51,773 bases of DNA, taken from the NCBI GenBank assembly GCA_042563095.1, contig JBHPMS010000004.1:1-51773 (forward strand), in the 5' to 3' direction. The notes under the pieces were generated by a model. The model did not search any database and was not told the origin of the DNA. It saw only the letters and a program-made list of their open reading frames with translations. This DNA comes from Candidatus Margulisiibacteriota bacterium (GTDB lineage Bacteria; Margulisbacteria; WOR-1; XYC2-FULL-46-14). Both the position numbers and the translations under genes were made by a program. Every line of letters begins with the position of its first letter. The stretch's first letter is position 1. Positions 23,309 through 33,892 of the stretch are shown here, in pieces.

Positions 23309-23704
23309 GTGAAAGAATTCGATAGATTAGTAAAAATCGTCAAAAAACTGCGTAAAGAGTGCCCTTGGGACCGCCGGCAGACCCATAAGAGCTTGCGTCC
23401 GTATATGCTCGAAGAGACCAACGAGGCGATCGAAGCGATTAACAAGCGCGACTATATCCAACTGGCGGAGGAGCTGGGCGATCAGCTGCTCCACATCCTG
23501 ATGCACGCCGAAATCAGCAAAACATTCACGGTAAAGGATATTATCAGGCATATCACCGAAAAAATGGTCCGGCGGCATCCGCACGTATTTGCGAAAAAAA
23601 AAGTCCGGGGCGTGAAGGATGTTTTAAGAAACTGGGAAGCAATTAAAAAAAAAGAAGACAGAACACGGCAATCTGGTGTAAAATTAAGAAGAAATGAAAA
23701 ATAA
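23309..23704 (+). CDS. mazG: Single-domain MazG nucleotide pyrophosphohydrolase
   Basis: [28 protein letters not shown]; GTG start at 23309. Confidence 0.9.
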   Translation: MKEFDRLVKIVKKLRKECPWDRRQTHKSLRPYMLEETNEAIEAINKRDYIQLAEELGDQLLHILMHAEISKTFTVKDIIRHITEKMVRRHPHVFAKKKVRGVKDVLRNWEAIKKKEDRTRQSGVKLRRNEK

Positions 23705-26700
23705 ACAGTTTGATTGGCGCAATTTAGTATTATACGGAATTTTAGCTTTATTGCTGCTTTCCTTGTTTGCACCATTAATGGGAGAGGCTGACCGCGCTAC
23801 AGAAATTTCGTTTTCAGAATTTTTAAACTACCTGGATGCCGGCCAGATCAAAGAAGTTACTATTAACGGTGAAATAATAACCGGGAATTTAAAAACAGGC
23901 AAAAACTTCAAATCTCGCTCATACAATTATCCCAATCTGGTCTCTGTGTTAAGGGATAAAAATGTTGCGATCAAGGTTGAAAATCCAGCTGAGAATGCCT
24001 GGATTATGGGATTTTTATTCCAGCTGATGCCCGTTATTTTATTTATGGCAATATTTTATTGGTTAATATTACGGCAGGCTTCTTCTATGAATAACCAGGC
24101 GATGGCTTTTGGTAAGTCGAAAGCTAAACCATTACAGGGTAAAACCAACATAACATTTGCTAATGTTGCCGGAGTGGATGAGGCCAAGGAAGAGCTTTAT
24201 GAAATTGTAGACTTCTTAAAAAATCCGAAAAAGTATCAGGCGCTTGGCGCAAAAATTCCTAAGGGATTGATATTAATGGGGGCGCCTGGCACCGGAAAAA
24301 CGCTTTTGGCCAGGGCGATTGCTGGAGAAGCGGGTGTCCCGTTCTTCTCCATATCAGGATCAGATTTTGTAGAGATGTTTGTAGGGGTGGGGGCATCAGT
24401 GACAGGAGACACACCGGTTTTAATTAGAGAGGAAGAAAAAACCAGATTGTTGCCGATAGGAGAGTTTATCGATCAATATTATAAATCGGACGTAGAAGGG
24501 TATTTACCAATTGAAGGAGTTAGGACATTAGGCTATGAAGGAAAAACTACACAAAGATATTCTTCTGAAAAGAAATTTTTCGGTCAAAGTAATTGGAAAG
24601 GCGTTAAAGGAGTATATCGCCATAAAGTAAATGAAATTTATGAAATAGAATTTTCTGACGGAGCGGTAAAAACAACTGGTGACCATAGCATCTTTGTAAG
24701 GGAAGGAAACCACATTGTTTCTAAAGAAGCTTCGGAGTTAAAAGTTGGTGAAAAACTGGTAAATTTGCCATTTAAAGTTCGTGGGAAATATTCGCCTGAA
24801 TTAGGCACCCAACATCATGTGCGAGCTTTTAATTTTCCTGCCCAGGTTGATTTAGAACTAGAGCTGTGGGAAGAACTCCCTACCTGGTTTAATAAAATCG
24901 TTTATTCAATCGTAAAAAAAGAAGCAATGCTCCAGAGTCAGATTGGAGCTAAGGTTGGAGTAACCGGATCTGCTGTTGGAACCTGGCAGAGAGAGGAGAA
25001 AAAGCCGCAATATCTTTCAAGTGTTTCAAAGTATCCATATTTACCTAAAACAGTAAAAGTCACATCCCAGCTAATGAAGCTACTTGGCTATTATACGGCC
25101 GAAGGACGAGATAATAATGGATTGGAATTTATTTTTGGAATTCACGAAGGCGAAGTGATTAGAGATTGTATCGAATTAATGAAAAATACTTTTAATGTTG
25201 AACCACGGCTGGAAACAACCAATACAAATTCTGTCAGGATTCATTATGTTGCACCTTTGGGAGATTTTTTTGCACGGCATTGTGGTAACGGGAGCCATAA
25301 AAAGCATGTGCCAGAATTCATTTGGGATCTTCCGGAGGAATACTTTCTTTCATACTTAGAGGGGTGGTCAATTGGTGATGGATATATAACTACAAATGAA
25401 AAGTTAAGCATTACTTCGGTTAGTTATCAGCTAATTTTAGAGATGAGCTGGCTTTGTGCAATGCATGGCATAAAGGTTGGTATCAGGCATGGTAAAAATA
25501 AACCGGGAAGAATTATCCAAAAAAAACCACTCCCGGGCGGGGAATATTGGAGTATTGTTATCGGAAAGACCAGTAATCCTTTTATTCAACAATCTTCTCC
25601 AACAAAACAGATTAAAAAATCGGTTATCACAAAGATAGTTAAAAAAGAATTCAAGGGTTTTGTGTATGATCTTTGTGGATGTGATAACGAGGCCTTCTTT
25701 GGCGGAGAAAAACCTATCCTCTTACATAATAGTCGTGTACGTGGAGTATTTAAAGAAGCAAAAAAACAAACTCCTTCCATTATTTTTATGGACGAGATCG
25801 ATGCGGTTGGAAGACATCGAGGAGCGGGCTTAGGCGGAGGGCATGACGAAAGAGAACAAACCTTAAATCAGCTACTAGTTGAAATGGATGGATTTGATCC
25901 GAATATAAATATTATTGTTATAGCCGCAACCAACCGGCCAGACATCCTTGATCCGGCGCTCTTGAGACCAGGGCGCTTTGACCGCCAGATTGTTTTGGAT
26001 AAGCCAGACCTAAAAGGCAGAAAAGAGATATTAGATATTCATGCTAAAAATAAACCGTTAGAAGATGCTGTAGAGCTAAGTATTTTGGCCCGTCGGACAC
26101 CTGGATTTACCGGGGCGGATTTAGAAAATGTTTTAAATGAAGCAGCCATCTTAGCCGCTCGAGCTGAAAAGAAAAAGATCTCGATGAAAGAATGTGAAGA
26201 AGCGGTGGACCGGGTAATGGCGGGGCCAGAGCGGAAGAGCCGGGTGGTTTCTGATAAAGAGAAAAAAATTATTGCCCACCACGAAGTTGGCCATGCGCTG
26301 CTTTCAAAAATACTGCCCGGGGCAGATTCGGTACACAAGATATCAATTCTTCCACGCGGAATGGCGTTGGGTTATACCCTTCAACTTCCACTCGAAGATA
26401 AATATTTAATTTCAAAAAAACAGATTATGGATGAAATAACAGTGCTTTTAGGCGGCCGTTCTGCCGAAGAGATCTTCTTTTCTGAATTAACTTCCGGGGC
26501 ACATAATGATTTGGAACGTGCCACTCAATTGGCCAAAAGGATGGTTTGTGAATACGGGATGTCTGAACTTGGTCCGCGTACTTTTGGACGGAAGGACCGG
26601 CAGGTTTTTCTAGGCCGCGACATTGCCGAAATGAAAGATTATTCAGAAGATACTGCTGACGAAATTGATAAAGAAATAGATAAAATAATTGCGGCTTGCA

Positions 26701-26840
26701 ATAAACGCGCAAAAAAAATACTCTCATGCAACAAGGCTAAGGCGGAAGAGATTGCTGCTGTTTTGATGGAGAAAGAAACACTTGAAGGGGAAGCCTTAGA
26801 AAATGTTCTCAAGGGTATAGCTGCAGAAGAAGAATGTTAG
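23694..26840 (+). CDS. ftsH: ATP-dependent zinc metalloprotease FtsH precursor containing an intein (603-aa extein)
   Basis: 2 [13 protein letters not shown] pore loop, FMDEID, SRH, HEVGH. Confidence 0.97.
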   Translation: MKNKQFDWRNLVLYGILALLLLSLFAPLMGEADRATEISFSEFLNYLDAGQIKEVTINGEIITGNLKTGKNFKSRSYNYPNLVSVLRDKNVAIKVENPAENAWIMGFLFQLMPVILFMAIFYWLILRQASSMNNQAMAFGKSKAKPLQGKTNITFANVAGVDEAKEELYEIVDFLKNPKKYQALGAKIPKGLILMGAPGTGKTLLARAIAGEAGVPFFSISGSDFVEMFVGVGASVTGDTPVLIREEEKTRLLPIGEFIDQYYKSDVEGYLPIEGVRTLGYEGKTTQRYSSEKKFFGQSNWKGVKGVYRHKVNEIYEIEFSDGAVKTTGDHSIFVREGNHIVSKEASELKVGEKLVNLPFKVRGKYSPELGTQHHVRAFNFPAQVDLELELWEELPTWFNKIVYSIVKKEAMLQSQIGAKVGVTGSAVGTWQREEKKPQYLSSVSKYPYLPKTVKVTSQLMKLLGYYTAEGRDNNGLEFIFGIHEGEVIRDCIELMKNTFNVEPRLETTNTNSVRIHYVAPLGDFFARHCGNGSHKKHVPEFIWDLPEEYFLSYLEGWSIGDGYITTNEKLSITSVSYQLILEMSWLCAMHGIKVGIRHGKNKPGRIIQKKPLPGGEYWSIVIGKTSNPFIQQSSPTKQIKKSVITKIVKKEFKGFVYDLCGCDNEAFFGGEKPILLHNSRVRGVFKEAKKQTPSIIFMDEIDAVGRHRGAGLGGGHDEREQTLNQLLVEMDGFDPNINIIVIAATNRPDILDPALLRPGRFDRQIVLDKPDLKGRKEILDIHAKNKPLEDAVELSILARRTPGFTGADLENVLNEAAILAARAEKKKISMKECEEAVDRVMAGPERKSRVVSDKEKKIIAHHEVGHALLSKILPGADSVHKISILPRGMALGYTLQLPLEDKYLISKKQIMDEITVLLGGRSAEEIFFSELTSGAHNDLERATQLAKRMVCEYGMSELGPRTFGRKDRQVFLGRDIAEMKDYSEDTADEIDKEIDKIIAACNKRAKKILSCNKAKAEEIAAVLMEKETLEGEALENVLKGIAAEEEC
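24396..25730 (+). mobile_element. Intein with LAGLIDADG homing endonuclease (445 aa)
   Basis: FVGVGA|SVTGDTPV ... TTGDHS ... LLGYYTAEG ... [10 protein letters not shown] ... VYDL ... LLHN|SRVR; removal restores FVGVGASRVR. Confidence 0.95.
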
Positions 26841-27706
26841 AATGTGTTCCAAATTTTTCGGAAGGAACTGATCAAAACGTAATTGATGAGATTGTTTCTT
26901 CTATAAAATCGTGTAAAATCCTTGATGTTCACTCGGACGATGACCATAATCGTACAGTTGTAACAATGGTTGGCGAGCCAAAAGAAGTAGAAGCCGGGGC
27001 GTTTGAGCTTTGCCAGAGCGCGATTAACAATATCGACATTAATAAACACAGCGGAGTGCATCCTTTTATTGGAGCGGTTGATGTTATTCCTCTTATCCCT
27101 CTATCCGGTTCCAGCATGCATGAGGCAAAAGAATCTGCTTATAATCTAGGGGATAAACTTTGGAAAGACCTCCGCCTGCCGGTCTATTTTTACGGCCAGG
27201 CCGCAAAGAGTGAGGATAGAGTTAATCTTCCACACGTTAGAAAAGGAGGATACGCCCTATTAAAAAAAGAAATTGATGAAAAAGAACGGCAGCCAGATTT
27301 TGGGATCGGCTTGCATAAAACCGCTGGAGCGGTTGCGGTCGGGGCGCGTGATTTTTTGATTGCTTTTAATGTGAATATTGGCACCACTGATGTTTTAATC
27401 GCAGAGTCAATCGGTAAAAATATTCGCGAAAAATATTCTGGCCTTTCTGGCGTGAGAGCTCTCGGGCTTTATCTTAAGAGCCGCAATATCTGCCAGGTCT
27501 CGGTTAATTTAACTGATTGCAATCAAACCAGCCTTAAACATGTTTACGATAAAATTAAATATTGGGCTAAAGAATATAAGGTAAATATCATAGAATCAGA
27601 ATTAATTGGCCTGGTTCCACAAGCGGCAGTTTTTAAAGGGATGAAAGACTATTTAGGGCTAAACGATTTTTCGATCGACAAAATATTAGTGGAGAAGATA
27701 ATATGA
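26834..27706 (+). CDS. ftcD: Glutamate formimidoyltransferase (no cyclodeaminase domain)
   Basis: [47 protein letters not shown]. Confidence 0.92.
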   Translation: MLECVPNFSEGTDQNVIDEIVSSIKSCKILDVHSDDDHNRTVVTMVGEPKEVEAGAFELCQSAINNIDINKHSGVHPFIGAVDVIPLIPLSGSSMHEAKESAYNLGDKLWKDLRLPVYFYGQAAKSEDRVNLPHVRKGGYALLKKEIDEKERQPDFGIGLHKTAGAVAVGARDFLIAFNVNIGTTDVLIAESIGKNIREKYSGLSGVRALGLYLKSRNICQVSVNLTDCNQTSLKHVYDKIKYWAKEYKVNIIESELIGLVPQAAVFKGMKDYLGLNDFSIDKILVEKII

Positions 27707-27880
27707 TTAAGAAAGAAATAAAAACATGTCCGTATCACGCTGGCTGATTTTGAAGGGAAAGCCTATGGCGGCCACCTGATGCCGGGCACAATCGTTTATG
27801 CTGCCGAATTTGTTATCAACGAATTTGTTGGGGCAGAACTAAAGAGGGGGAAGGATCAAGTAACCGGTTTGCCGTTGTAG
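27703..27880 (+). pseudogene. Remnant of a DUF296/PPC-domain gene
   Basis: Frame from 27722 reads KHVRITLADFEGKAYGGHLMPGTIVYAAEFVINEFVGAELKRGKDQVTGLPL*; nearby ATG 27703 is out of frame. Confidence 0.7.
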
Positions 27881-27911
27881 GAATAATGCAATAAAAAAAC
27901 AAGAAATCCCA

Positions 27912-27967
27912 TTGACAACATGCACAGAAATGCATATAATAGTATATATATAATGCATGTAAATGCA
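27912..27967 (+). promoter_or_regulatory. Consensus sigma70 promoter TTGACA-N17-TATAAT with two TGCA-N6-TGCA operator-like boxes
   Basis: Boxes at 27921-27934 and 27954-27967. Confidence 0.8.
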
Positions 27968-28439
27968 ACAAGGAAATATGATAATGTCTAAAAACAAGCT
28001 AAAAAAATTGAAATTAAGGCAGGTTTCAGAATCTATTAAAAAGGGTGTTTTATATGATGCTAATTTGATTGGTTTAAGGTTAAAAGAGATAAGAGCAGCC
28101 TTAGGAATGACGCAAAAGCAGTTAGCAAAAAGACTTGGAGTAGATCCGTCGGTTGTTTCGAAAATAGAAGAAAGAGCGGGGAATTGTAATCTAAAAACAT
28201 TATTAAAGCTAGTAACCGCATTACAATGTAAAATTAAAATAGCAGTTGTAGCGGGAGCATCGTTAGAAAGCATTGTGAAAAATCAAGCAAAAAAAGCAGC
28301 AAAAAAAATATTGGACAGGACCTATTCGAATATGGCATTGGAAAAACAAGCCCCAAGAAAAAGCGCCTATCGTTATCAGTTTAAGGAAATTGTAGAAGAT
28401 TTATGTAATAATCCTGGTCCTGAACTTTGGGAAGAATAG
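27963..28439 (+). CDS. Xre-HTH protein, 'mobile mystery protein A' type (true start may be a later ATG)
   Basis: IRAALGMTQKQLAKRLGV, NMALEKQ, terminal LW; paired with Fic gene. Confidence 0.85.
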   Translation: MQQGNMIMSKNKLKKLKLRQVSESIKKGVLYDANLIGLRLKEIRAALGMTQKQLAKRLGVDPSVVSKIEERAGNCNLKTLLKLVTALQCKIKIAVVAGASLESIVKNQAKKAAKKILDRTYSNMALEKQAPRKSAYRYQFKEIVEDLCNNPGPELWEE

Positions 28440-29056
28440 TGCCGAAGTTTGAGGCAATAGAAGGCGCAACACCAATTGAAGATGCATCAGATTTGATCCC
28501 AACTCACATCTTAGCTCGTTCAGAGCTTAATGAGTGGGAGGCCGCTAATATTTTAAAGGCCGCCAGAAAATATTTGGGTAAGAGGAAAAAATGGAAACTT
28601 GATATTGCTTTTATTAAAGAAGTCCATCAAAAGATGTTTGATGAAACCTGGAAGTGGACTGGTAAATTTAGGCAGAGGAACTTTAACCTTGGAGTTGACT
28701 GGCATAACATTCAAGAAAGATTAAAAGCTTTAGTTGATGATATTTCTTTTTGGGGGGAGAAAGAAAGCGATTTAGATTTAATTGAACAGAGTGTTCGGAT
28801 CCATCATCGACTAGTTAAGATCCACCCATTTGTGAATGGCAATGGACGACACGCTCGTCTGGTTGCTGATATATTTTTGTTTTCTAATAATCACAAATTA
28901 CCAATTTGGCCCAATAATGAATTAATAGAAGAGACCGATATTAGAAAGAGATATATTGAAGCACTGAAAGAGGCTGATAAAGGGAATTACAAAATGCTTG
29001 AGAAATTTACAAAAGATTTATTTATCCCAAAGAGTCAAGAAATTTCCTCATGTTAG
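28427..29056 (+). CDS. Fic-domain protein, 'mobile mystery protein B' type
   Basis: GATP, ELNEWEAANI, HHRLVKIHPFVNGNGRHAR. Confidence 0.9.
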   Translation: MGRIVPKFEAIEGATPIEDASDLIPTHILARSELNEWEAANILKAARKYLGKRKKWKLDIAFIKEVHQKMFDETWKWTGKFRQRNFNLGVDWHNIQERLKALVDDISFWGEKESDLDLIEQSVRIHHRLVKIHPFVNGNGRHARLVADIFLFSNNHKLPIWPNNELIEETDIRKRYIEALKEADKGNYKMLEKFTKDLFIPKSQEISSC

Positions 29057-29782
29057 TTGCCTGTGCCAATAGTGTATCAGCATCAGAAAAATCCTCGATT
29101 GTGATATATTGTGGTCTAAGTTTTTTTTCTTTTAATAAATATTCCAGAATTCGATATTCAAGCTCTCCGGACGCTTGATGATCATCCCTCAGCATCCCAA
29201 GCTTAAATGGATTTTCTTCTAGAGCCACATGATCTGTTGTGAATACCGGATGACTAGTATGAATCTCGGTCAGCCTTCCCAAAACAGCCCCATCTACCTC
29301 TTCTAATCTTTCTTTAAAGAGTTCTAATAAAATAGCTTGTCTTTTGGATTCATCTCCTTTTATAAATCTTTCTTGGACCGGGATTTGAGCATAATTAAAA
29401 CACATAATCATAAAATGACCGATATCAAATACAAAACCAATTCTGCTATCTACTTGTGCGAACATTATATTAATAAAATCTGGCAGAGAAACTTCTGGGT
29501 GTAATAATTGAGCTGGAGGGTTCTCAATGGAGGCCTGGATCCCACTTTGCAAGAATGGAGTTAGGCGGCTATTGGTTTGTGTGACTATGGTATCTATTTT
29601 TAATGGATGATCACCGGACTCAGGTGCTCCACCAAAACCGTACTATTGCCTTCTCTCATTGCTAGATCAGAAGTAGTTTTATGCTCAAATGCTTCAACCG
29701 TTTTAGATAAATTGTCAGGAAGCTTTACTCTTTCCCTATAAGGGAAAGTAATTTTTATATTTTCTCCAACTCTAGCTGGCAT
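29022..29782 (-). pseudogene. Probably frameshifted xylose-isomerase/AP-endonuclease-2-like TIM-barrel gene
   Basis: ASIENPP, GFVFDIGH, EIH motifs in the downstream frame, which stays open to 29642 and overlaps the upstream ORF (ATG 29782, SD GGAGG). Confidence 0.5.
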
Positions 29783-29806
29783 GTTAATTCTCCTCCATCT
29801 AAATAA

Positions 29807-29833
29807 ATTTCGATCAATCATCGAAAAAATTTC
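29807..29833 (-). promoter_or_regulatory. sigma28-like promoter GAAA-N15-ATCGAAAT
   Basis: Same spacing as the other copies; weaker -10 match. Confidence 0.45.
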
Positions 29834-29885
29834 AACTTAAATTGTATTTCTAAAGCTGTTATAATGATTTAAGAGAGGTTATAAG

Positions 29886-30158
29886 ATGAAAAAATTAAAT
29901 GAAGAATATAAGATAATTGAAGTACCGAAAAAGGGAGGGGTAACAATAACTGATAGTACCCTTAAAAAATTTGGTTTTAAGGGGATGAAACTAGTTTTAT
30001 TGAAAACGCCTGAATACATAACACTCAAAAAACTTCATTCTGCCTCAGATGATGAATTAAGAAAAGCAATTAATGACATAAGAGGATTTGCAAAAAATAA
30101 AGGTATTACCAGGTCTGATGTTGCAAAGGCAATCAGTGCAGCCAAAAAATCAAAGTAA
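29886..30158 (+). CDS. AbrB/MazE-like antitoxin
   Basis: KKGGVTI..LKKFG; C-terminal KGITRSDVAKAI; directly upstream of PIN gene. Confidence 0.7.
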   Translation: MKKLNEEYKIIEVPKKGGVTITDSTLKKFGFKGMKLVLLKTPEYITLKKLHSASDDELRKAINDIRGFAKNKGITRSDVAKAISAAKKSK

Positions 30159-30554
30159 GTGCTTAAAGTAGTATTTGATACAAACATTTTTGTTTCCGGA
30201 ATAATCTGGCAGGGACTGCCGGGAGAGGCACTAGCAAACTGGCTTTCTAATAAAATTGAGTTAGTTATTTCAAGACAAATTCTTGAAGAATTAACGAATA
30301 CTCTTAGAAGGCTGGATGTTCCAGAAGAAAAGGTAAATGTTTTATTAAATCAAATTTTAGGTAAAGCAACTATTGTTGATCCTCAAATAAAAGTAAACTT
30401 AGTAAAGAAAGATCCATCAGACAATAAATTTCTAGAATGTGCTATCGAAGGGAAGGTTGGTTATGTAATAAGCGGAGATAAGCATCTTTTGGAAATAAAA
30501 AAAATTAACGGGATTCAGATTATTAGCGCAAGAAAGTTATTGGAACTACTATGA
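30159..30554 (+). CDS. PIN-domain putative toxin
   Basis: VVFDTNIFVS, DPSDNKFLECA, ISGDKHLL. Confidence 0.92.
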   Translation: MLKVVFDTNIFVSGIIWQGLPGEALANWLSNKIELVISRQILEELTNTLRRLDVPEEKVNVLLNQILGKATIVDPQIKVNLVKKDPSDNKFLECAIEGKVGYVISGDKHLLEIKKINGIQIISARKLLELL

Positions 30555-33118
30555 CCCAGGAATTTCCAAAAACGTATAATTCAAAAGAGACCGAGGCGAA
30601 GTGGTATGAATTCTGGGAGAAAAATGGTCTGTTTACTCCAGATAAGAATTCAAAGGCCGAACCGTTTACAATTGTAATTCCACCCCCAAACGTTACCGGC
30701 TCGCTCCATATGGGACATGCTCTCGATAACTCACTTCAAGATGTTCTTGTCCGCTACAAAAGGATGCAAGGCTTTAACACCCTCTGGGTGCCAGGGACTG
30801 ATCATGCTGGAATTGCTACCCAAAACGTAGTTGAGAAAGCTTTGAAAAAAGAAGGTAAGGCCAAAGATGATCTGGGACGGGAAAAATTTGTTGAAAGGGT
30901 GTGGGAGTGGAAAAAAGAATATGGGGGAAGAATAACTCGACAACTGCGCAGGCTCGGAGCTTCGTGTGACTGGACCAGAGAAAGATTCACGATGGACGAG
31001 GGGCTTTCAAAAGCGGTCCGCCGAGAATTTGTTCAGCTATATAAAGAAGGATTAATTTATCGCGGTAAAAGAATAATTAACTGGTGCCCGCGCTGCTGCA
31101 CCGCACTTTCAGACATCGAAGTAGAACATAAAACTCAAAAGGGAAAACTCTGGTACATCAAATACGGTGATGTAGTAGTTGCAACAACGAGGCCAGAGAC
31201 AATGCTGGGCGATACTGCGGTTGCAATCAATCCGAAAGATGAGAGATATAAAAAGCTGCACGGGAAAAGTTTAACTTTACCGCTGGTTGGGAGAAAAATT
31301 CCAGTGATAACCGATCCTTTTGTCGATCCGGAATTTGGAACCGGAGCAGTCAAGGTTACTCCAGCTCATGATCCAAACGACTATGCTATGGGGGAGAGGC
31401 ATAATCTCCCAAAGATAAATATCTTTACTCCTGATGCGAAAATCACACTGGAAGAATTCGAAGACAGGGAAAAAGAGGGAGTGCAGGGATTATCAGGGAT
31501 GAACAGGGAAATAGCCCGCAAAGAAATCGTAAAGCTTTTGGATGAACAGGGCTTTCTTGAAAAGATTGAGGATCATGAAAATTCGATAGGGCACTGTTAC
31601 CGTTGTAAGCAGATTGTTGAGCCGTATCTTTCTGACCAGTGGTTTGTAAAGATCGGGCCATTAGCGGAAGAAGGGATAAAGGCGGTTGAAGATGGAAAAA
31701 TCAAATTTGTTCCTGAACGCTGGATAAAAGTTTATCTGCAATGGATGACTAACCTAAGGGACTGGTGTATCTCACGCCAGCTCTGGTGGGGCCACCAAAT
31801 CCCAGTCTGGTATCGAGGAGAAGAAATCCACGTGGGAGAAGAGGGGCCGCAGGGGGATGGCTGGGTACAAGATCCGGATGTTTTTGATACCTGGTTTTCA
31901 TCTGCCCTTTGGCCGTTCTCAACACTCGGTTGGCCCGAGGAAACGAAAGACCTAAAAACCTATTATCCAACTTCAGTTCTAGTAACCGGTTACGACATTA
32001 TAACCTTCTGGGTTTCGCGCATGATCATGACCGGGATGCATTTTATGAAAAAAGAGCCGTTCGGGACGGTCTTTATCCACGGGCTGGTGCGCGACATAAC
32101 CGGGAAAAAGATGAGTAAATCGCTTGGCAATGTTATCGACCCGATCGACGTGATTGATCATGCTGGCGCTGATGCCTTGCGCTTTGCCCTGATTTCTCTG
32201 GTGGTTGGACAGGGGCAGGATATTAAGCTTTCGGAGGATAAAATTGCTGAAGCGAAGGCGTTCTCGACTAAGCTTTGGAATATTGCCCGCTTTGCTTTAA
32301 CCTCCAATGTCAAACCTCAAACTTCAAAACAAATCCAAACCGATAAATGGATACTTTCACGTTACAACAAGACCGTCAAAGAAGTATCAGGGATGCTTGA
32401 TCAGTTTGAGCTTGGGGCGGCGGCGCAGAAACTTTATAAATTTGTCTGGTCAGAATTCTGTGATTGGTATGTTGAATTTTCTAAACAGAAACCGAATCCG
32501 GAAGTGCTCTTTTATGTATTGGATGGAATCCTAAAATTACTGCATCCTTTTATGCCGTTTATTACGGAAGAGGTCTATCAACGGATCTGTGCAACGAATC
32601 AACGGGTAGAATCAATTATGATTCAGGAGTGGCCGAAGGTTGATGAAAAGTTGATTGATGAAAAAGCAGAAAAAGAAATTGAGGACTTAATTGAGGTCAT
32701 TTCTGCACTACGACGCATTAGAGCAGAATATAGTATTCCATATTCAAAGCCGATCGCTGTTCAACTGGCCACCAAAAAGAAATTTGACCTTGAGACGATA
32801 AAAAGGTTTATTAAGGCTGCCGAGGTAAAAGTTGTTACAGAAATTGATAAAAAAGCAAAACAATCTGCAGTGGAAGTTACAGGTGCTGCAGAAATACTAG
32901 TCCCGCTTACAGGCGTTATTGACCTAGAAAAGGAAAAAGCGAGAATCGAAAAGGAAAAAGCTACTGTTGAACAGGGATTAAAGAAAGTTGAACAAAGATT
33001 AGCCAATAAAAAATTTACCGAAAAAGCACCGCCAGAAGCAATTACTGCAGCTCAAGAGCAGAAAGAAGAATTAGGGAAGAAATTTGAGCTGTTAAATAAC
33101 AGAATCAGAAACTTATAA
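30551..33118 (+). CDS. valS: Valyl-tRNA synthetase
   Basis: PPPNVTGSLHMGH, DWCISRQLWWGH, KMSKS, coiled-coil tail. Confidence 0.98.
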   Translation: MTQEFPKTYNSKETEAKWYEFWEKNGLFTPDKNSKAEPFTIVIPPPNVTGSLHMGHALDNSLQDVLVRYKRMQGFNTLWVPGTDHAGIATQNVVEKALKKEGKAKDDLGREKFVERVWEWKKEYGGRITRQLRRLGASCDWTRERFTMDEGLSKAVRREFVQLYKEGLIYRGKRIINWCPRCCTALSDIEVEHKTQKGKLWYIKYGDVVVATTRPETMLGDTAVAINPKDERYKKLHGKSLTLPLVGRKIPVITDPFVDPEFGTGAVKVTPAHDPNDYAMGERHNLPKINIFTPDAKITLEEFEDREKEGVQGLSGMNREIARKEIVKLLDEQGFLEKIEDHENSIGHCYRCKQIVEPYLSDQWFVKIGPLAEEGIKAVEDGKIKFVPERWIKVYLQWMTNLRDWCISRQLWWGHQIPVWYRGEEIHVGEEGPQGDGWVQDPDVFDTWFSSALWPFSTLGWPEETKDLKTYYPTSVLVTGYDIITFWVSRMIMTGMHFMKKEPFGTVFIHGLVRDITGKKMSKSLGNVIDPIDVIDHAGADALRFALISLVVGQGQDIKLSEDKIAEAKAFSTKLWNIARFALTSNVKPQTSKQIQTDKWILSRYNKTVKEVSGMLDQFELGAAAQKLYKFVWSEFCDWYVEFSKQKPNPEVLFYVLDGILKLLHPFMPFITEEVYQRICATNQRVESIMIQEWPKVDEKLIDEKAEKEIEDLIEVISALRRIRAEYSIPYSKPIAVQLATKKKFDLETIKRFIKAAEVKVVTEIDKKAKQSAVEVTGAAEILVPLTGVIDLEKEKARIEKEKATVEQGLKKVEQRLANKKFTEKAPPEAITAAQEQKEELGKKFELLNNRIRNL

Positions 33119-33892
33119 AACCTTAAATATTCTATCAATCATTTCACAACGACCGGTTTTTCCATCAATGGTTAAAACTACACCGTTAAAAATTCCAGGG
33201 CCTTTATCTTCCGGCTCGTATCTTTTGGGTAAGTTTGTCAAATAACGTTCGATAATCGGTTCGATCTGGACGCCGATAATAGAATTCTGCGCTCCAACCA
33301 TACCGACATCGGTAATATATCCAGTCCCTTTTGGCAGTACCCTTTCATCTGCAGTTTGAATGTGTGTGTGGGTCCCCAGTACAGCAGACACTTGCCCATC
33401 TAAAAAATGACCGAGTGCATTTTTTTCGGAGCTCGCTTCGGCATGGAAATCGACAATAATGATAGAAGTCTCTTTTTTGATCTTTTTTATAATCGGCTCA
33501 ATGGTTCGGAATGGACAATCGAGCGCCGGCATAAAAACACGGCCGGCTAAATTAATAATCCCAACTTTAAAATGATCCTTTTCGGCAATTGCGTATTCAT
33601 TGCCCGGAGCTCCAGGAGGATAATTAGCCGGTCGCACTAACTTATCGCAGTAGTCAATCTCTTTTAAAAATTCCTTTTTTTCCCAAACATGGTTCCCGGA
33701 GGTGAAAAAATCGACTCCAGAAAATACCATCTCGTCGTAAGTTTTTTTAGTAATGCCAGACCCGTGCGCCAGGTTTTCGCCGTTGGCAATTACAAAGTCA
33801 ACCGGATTATTTTTGCGAAAATCTTCTAGAATCTGCTTGGTGATCTTCCGCCCGAACTTGCCGATGATATCGCCGACAAAAAGGACCTTCAT
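33113..33892 (-). CDS. ymdB: YmdB-family metallophosphoesterase
   Basis: GDIIG, NGEN, GNH, DFHAE, GTHTH; follows rny. Confidence 0.93.
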   Translation of the reverse strand: MKVLFVGDIIGKFGRKITKQILEDFRKNNPVDFVIANGENLAHGSGITKKTYDEMVFSGVDFFTSGNHVWEKKEFLKEIDYCDKLVRPANYPPGAPGNEYAIAEKDHFKVGIINLAGRVFMPALDCPFRTIEPIIKKIKKETSIIIVDFHAEASSEKNALGHFLDGQVSAVLGTHTHIQTADERVLPKGTGYITDVGMVGAQNSIIGVQIEPIIERYLTNLPKRYEPEDKGPGIFNGVVLTIDGKTGRCEMIDRIFKVL

